From Bacteriovoracaceae bacterium (lineage in GTDB: Bacteria > Bdellovibrionota > Bacteriovoracia > Bacteriovoracales > Bacteriovoracaceae), in contig JABIHA010000108.1 in assembly GCA_018649885.1 (NCBI GenBank), forward strand, positions 62,001-92,132: a stretch of 30,132 nt of DNA. The letters run 5' to 3'. Positions 27,698 to 30,132 of the stretch are shown here, piece after piece. The stretch's first letter is position 1. Each line of letters opens with the position of its first letter. Below the pieces are notes generated by a model. It ran no database searches, was not told the DNA's origin, and saw nothing but the letters and a program-made list of their open reading frames with translations. Position numbers and translations under genes: made by a program.

Positions 27698-27715
27698 GAA
27701 TCAGAGAGGAAGCGA

Positions 27716-28564
27716 GTGAAAAAAGTAGCATTTCAAGGCGAAAATGGAGCCTATAGTGAAGCGGCCATGTACCGTTTTTTTGGAGAGGATGTTGAACCAT
27801 ATCCCTGTGAGCTCAGTGAAGATACTTTTGAAAGCCTAAATTCTGGCCAGGTCGATTTTATCATTGTCCCAGTAGAAAATAGTATCGCTGGAAATGTTAA
27901 CGTCAATCTCGACCTCATCTACTTGCACAACTTCTTTATTATTGGAGAACTCTACTTTCCAATCAATCACTGTTTAATGGCCCGTCCAGGTGTAGCGTTC
28001 GAAGATATTAAAGTCGTAACCTCACACCCAGTTGCCCTGGCCCAGTGCCGAAATTTTCTCAATAAACATAAAATTAAAATAGTCCCAGAATATGACACTG
28101 CGGGTGCCTGCCAAATGCTCTCATTAAATGATACCGCTACCGAGCATGGGGCCATTGCGTCTGCACTATGTGAAAACTATTACGATCTAGAAATCGTGAA
28201 AACCAACATACAAAATGTAAAAATTAATATCACAAGATTTCTAGTTCTCTGTCCCCCTGACCATATCCCTAAAGAACTACACAGAGAAAAAACCAGTATG
28301 GCATTCTCCACCAAACACCATCCCGGTGCCCTTTTTAATTGCTTGAAAAAATTTGCTCAACACGGTCTAAATTTGACGAAAATTGAGTCGCGCCCAATCC
28401 CCAATAATCCATTTGCCTATAATTTTTTCATCGATTTCTCAGGCTCCAACCGCGAAGACAATGTACTTGATTGCCTTGAAGAATTGGGAGCAGATGCCAA
28501 CAATATTAAAATCCTAGGAAGCTACCCTTCAGGCAAAAAACTAACTAAAGCTCATTCGAGCTAA
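27716..28564 (+). CDS. pheA: Monofunctional prephenate dehydratase (PDT + ACT)
   Basis: KVAFQGENGAYSE, VPVENSIAG, SHPVALAQC, NITRF, PGALF..NLTKIESRP, ILGSYP. GTG 27716 after AGAGGA is the likely start. No chorismate mutase domain. Confidence 0.93.
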   Translation: MKKVAFQGENGAYSEAAMYRFFGEDVEPYPCELSEDTFESLNSGQVDFIIVPVENSIAGNVNVNLDLIYLHNFFIIGELYFPINHCLMARPGVAFEDIKVVTSHPVALAQCRNFLNKHKIKIVPEYDTAGACQMLSLNDTATEHGAIASALCENYYDLEIVKTNIQNVKINITRFLVLCPPDHIPKELHREKTSMAFSTKHHPGALFNCLKKFAQHGLNLTKIESRPIPNNPFAYNFFIDFSGSNREDNVLDCLEELGADANNIKILGSYPSGKKLTKAHSS

Positions 28565-28792
28565 AACATAAAAATTGAGCAACCTTTTCCCTTGGGCAAA
28601 TACACTTTAAAAACCATCGAAAGTCTGCCAATCTATTGAATTTCCTGCATAGACCTAGCAAACAAGGCCACCTATTTAACTTTCTTAACCCATGGTAATA
28701 GTAGTACAAGGGCCTTTTAGGAAAGTTCCGATTCAAATGCTGGTCCAGGCGATTGCACTTACTTCGGCAAAGTTTGGAACTCTGGGCTTTTC

Positions 28793-29275
28793 TTGGCAGA
28801 ATTGATGTCAACTTACACTATAGATGGACTAAAAATTTTAGAGGTAGGATGTGGACTTGGCCTTCCCAGTCTTGTACTACAAAAGAGAAAAGCTCATATC
28901 ACTGCAACCGATTTTCATCCTAGTGCATCTTCTTTTCTTCAAGAAAATGCCATCTCTAACAAAATAGACCAGGTACCATTTCAAATAGTCGACTGGACAA
29001 AAGAAGACAATACAATCGGCCAGTTTGATCTCATTATTGGAAGTGATTTATTTTATGAAGTTAACTCTTCAAATTACTTGGCGACTTTTTTAGATCAACA
29101 TCTAAACCCTGGTGGAAAAATCATACTGGTCAATCCTCAGAGAAGCTTAACTATTAATTTCATACTTGTCATGAATGACCTAGGTCTAAGTGTCGAAGAA
29201 ATTCCTTTCGCTTTTCCCACTCCAGACGCCCACACCGCTCCTACGGGTCGAGTCCTATTTTTCGAAAAAAAATGA
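28793..29275 (+). CDS. Class I SAM-dependent methyltransferase (Methyltransf_16-like), apparently 5'-truncated
   Basis: ILEVGCGLGLPS, ITATDFHP, VDW, FDLIIGSDLFYE. Family-like YFGKVWNSG continues in frame upstream of the TTG, back to a TAG at 28718, with no start codon. Confidence 0.75.
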   Translation: MAELMSTYTIDGLKILEVGCGLGLPSLVLQKRKAHITATDFHPSASSFLQENAISNKIDQVPFQIVDWTKEDNTIGQFDLIIGSDLFYEVNSSNYLATFLDQHLNPGGKIILVNPQRSLTINFILVMNDLGLSVEEIPFAFPTPDAHTAPTGRVLFFEKK

Positions 29276-29671
29276 ACTAAGATATACGAAATAACTTTAA
29301 AATCCTGCACCAAGGTAGAAACTTAGAATATTTATGGAAATATTACTATAAGACTTTGCACTCTTTCCCGTAAGGCCATCATTATCAATTGCGTAAGCTG
29401 GAGAATTCATTCCTATCCACTCACAACCAATAAGGAAGTTTCTTTGAAATAACTACATAGATGTCAATTTTCATGTGCCGGTCAACTATAGTTCTGTCAA
29501 AGTTTTAGTCGCATCCTTTCATTTTCAATACTTACCATTGTAGATTTATTGATCACATATGTAAGTTTGCCTCTCCATATTTGTTGATCTAAACAACTAG
29601 TCTAAACTTAATCAAAGTAATCATTTTATTGAGTTCAAAAGTTTCGGGGGATTTTTTTGAAGGAGAGCAAC

Positions 29672-30001
29672 ATGAAGTTTCCTACTGGTCTATTTCTACT
29701 TCTTTTTTGCAATATAGTAATTGCCGGACAAATCCCACTAGATTTTGAATGGGAGCAGGCCAACTGTGGCCCTGATTGTTTTGTTTTTGTGGAAACAGAT
29801 CCATGCATTGACCTATTTGAAGCAAGTTGTCTTGAGCCTGAGGGAATACTTAAAAAAAGTCTCAGCGTAAAAAAAATTAGAAAAGATTTAAACCAAAGAG
29901 TTGAGAAGATATATGACCAAGTTGTATCATTTTCAGGAAAAGCGGATCTTAAAGGCTATATAACTGAAGAATTAGCAAAGATTGGTATTGGTATTGGTTA
30001 G
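29672..30001 (+). CDS. Small secreted Cys-containing protein, possibly a truncated M13-peptidase-like N-terminus
   Basis: AAGGAGAG RBS, ATG 29672, signal peptide, DPCIDLFEASC motif. Ends in (ATTGGT)x3 then TAG. Confidence 0.6.
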   Translation: MKFPTGLFLLLFCNIVIAGQIPLDFEWEQANCGPDCFVFVETDPCIDLFEASCLEPEGILKKSLSVKKIRKDLNQRVEKIYDQVVSFSGKADLKGYITEELAKIGIGIG

Positions 30002-30132
30002 CGTTCATTCAACTTGCCACAAACAGACATCCCTTTCGTGAGTTAAATTCGATTAAATTTATATGATTATATTTAGACCAAGGTGGCCAGTTGAATAAAC
30101 GCGCAGTGGACTAAAACCGTGGGCAATGAGCA

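Noticed and set aside
27617..27715. N-terminal extension of PheA given by the ORF track
   Set aside because: It translates the promoter and hairpin. Homology and the RBS point to GTG 27716.
28562..28720. Read-through fusion of pheA with the in-frame methyltransferase (Sec/Pyl recoding)
   Set aside because: Three different stops (TAA 28562, TGA 28637, TAG 28718) intervene and no recoding signal is evident.
1888..28811. About 30 short ORFs (60-136 aa) overlapping larger genes, e.g. 6435-6746, 18673-18957, 27090-27500, 28545-28811
   Set aside because: Almost all are antisense or alternate-frame shadows of well-supported genes. None shows a recognisable motif.
1..30132. CRISPR array, transposase or integrase, prophage or defence system
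   Set aside because: I saw no regularly spaced repeats with unique spacers and no ORF with the relevant motifs.

Overview
AT-rich bacterial chromosomal segment, most likely from a predatory Bdellovibrionota lineage (Bacteriovorax/Halobacteriovorax-like). That assignment is an inference from the TIGR02147/DUF4423 regulator, the degenerate HD-GYP protein, the homodimeric GlyRS and the many secreted orphans. Most of it is housekeeping and envelope genes: mlaEFD, a sigma54 response regulator, metK, a GT2-mpl-hydrolase cell-wall cluster, a serine hydrolase, ppdK, glyQS, an msbA-like exporter, an RDD protein, a beta-propeller lipoprotein, a stand-alone gltB and pheA. It ends with two apparently truncated genes. 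I saw no transposase, integrase, CRISPR array, rRNA or canonical tRNA. The most interesting signals are: (i) a TIGR02147/DUF4423 regulator divergent from a secreted metzincin protease, with two long inverted repeats between them; (ii) a 121-nt structured element at 21370-21490 closed by a tRNA-like 7-bp acceptor stem with an A-CCA end; (iii) a 'hypothetical' basic secreted protein with a SleB/CwlJ-like lytic transglycosylase motif set, translationally coupled to mpl; and (iv) several REP/MITE-like palindromes, one supplying the glyQS stop codon and one in the pheA leader. All family calls come from motifs recognised by eye, with no database searches.
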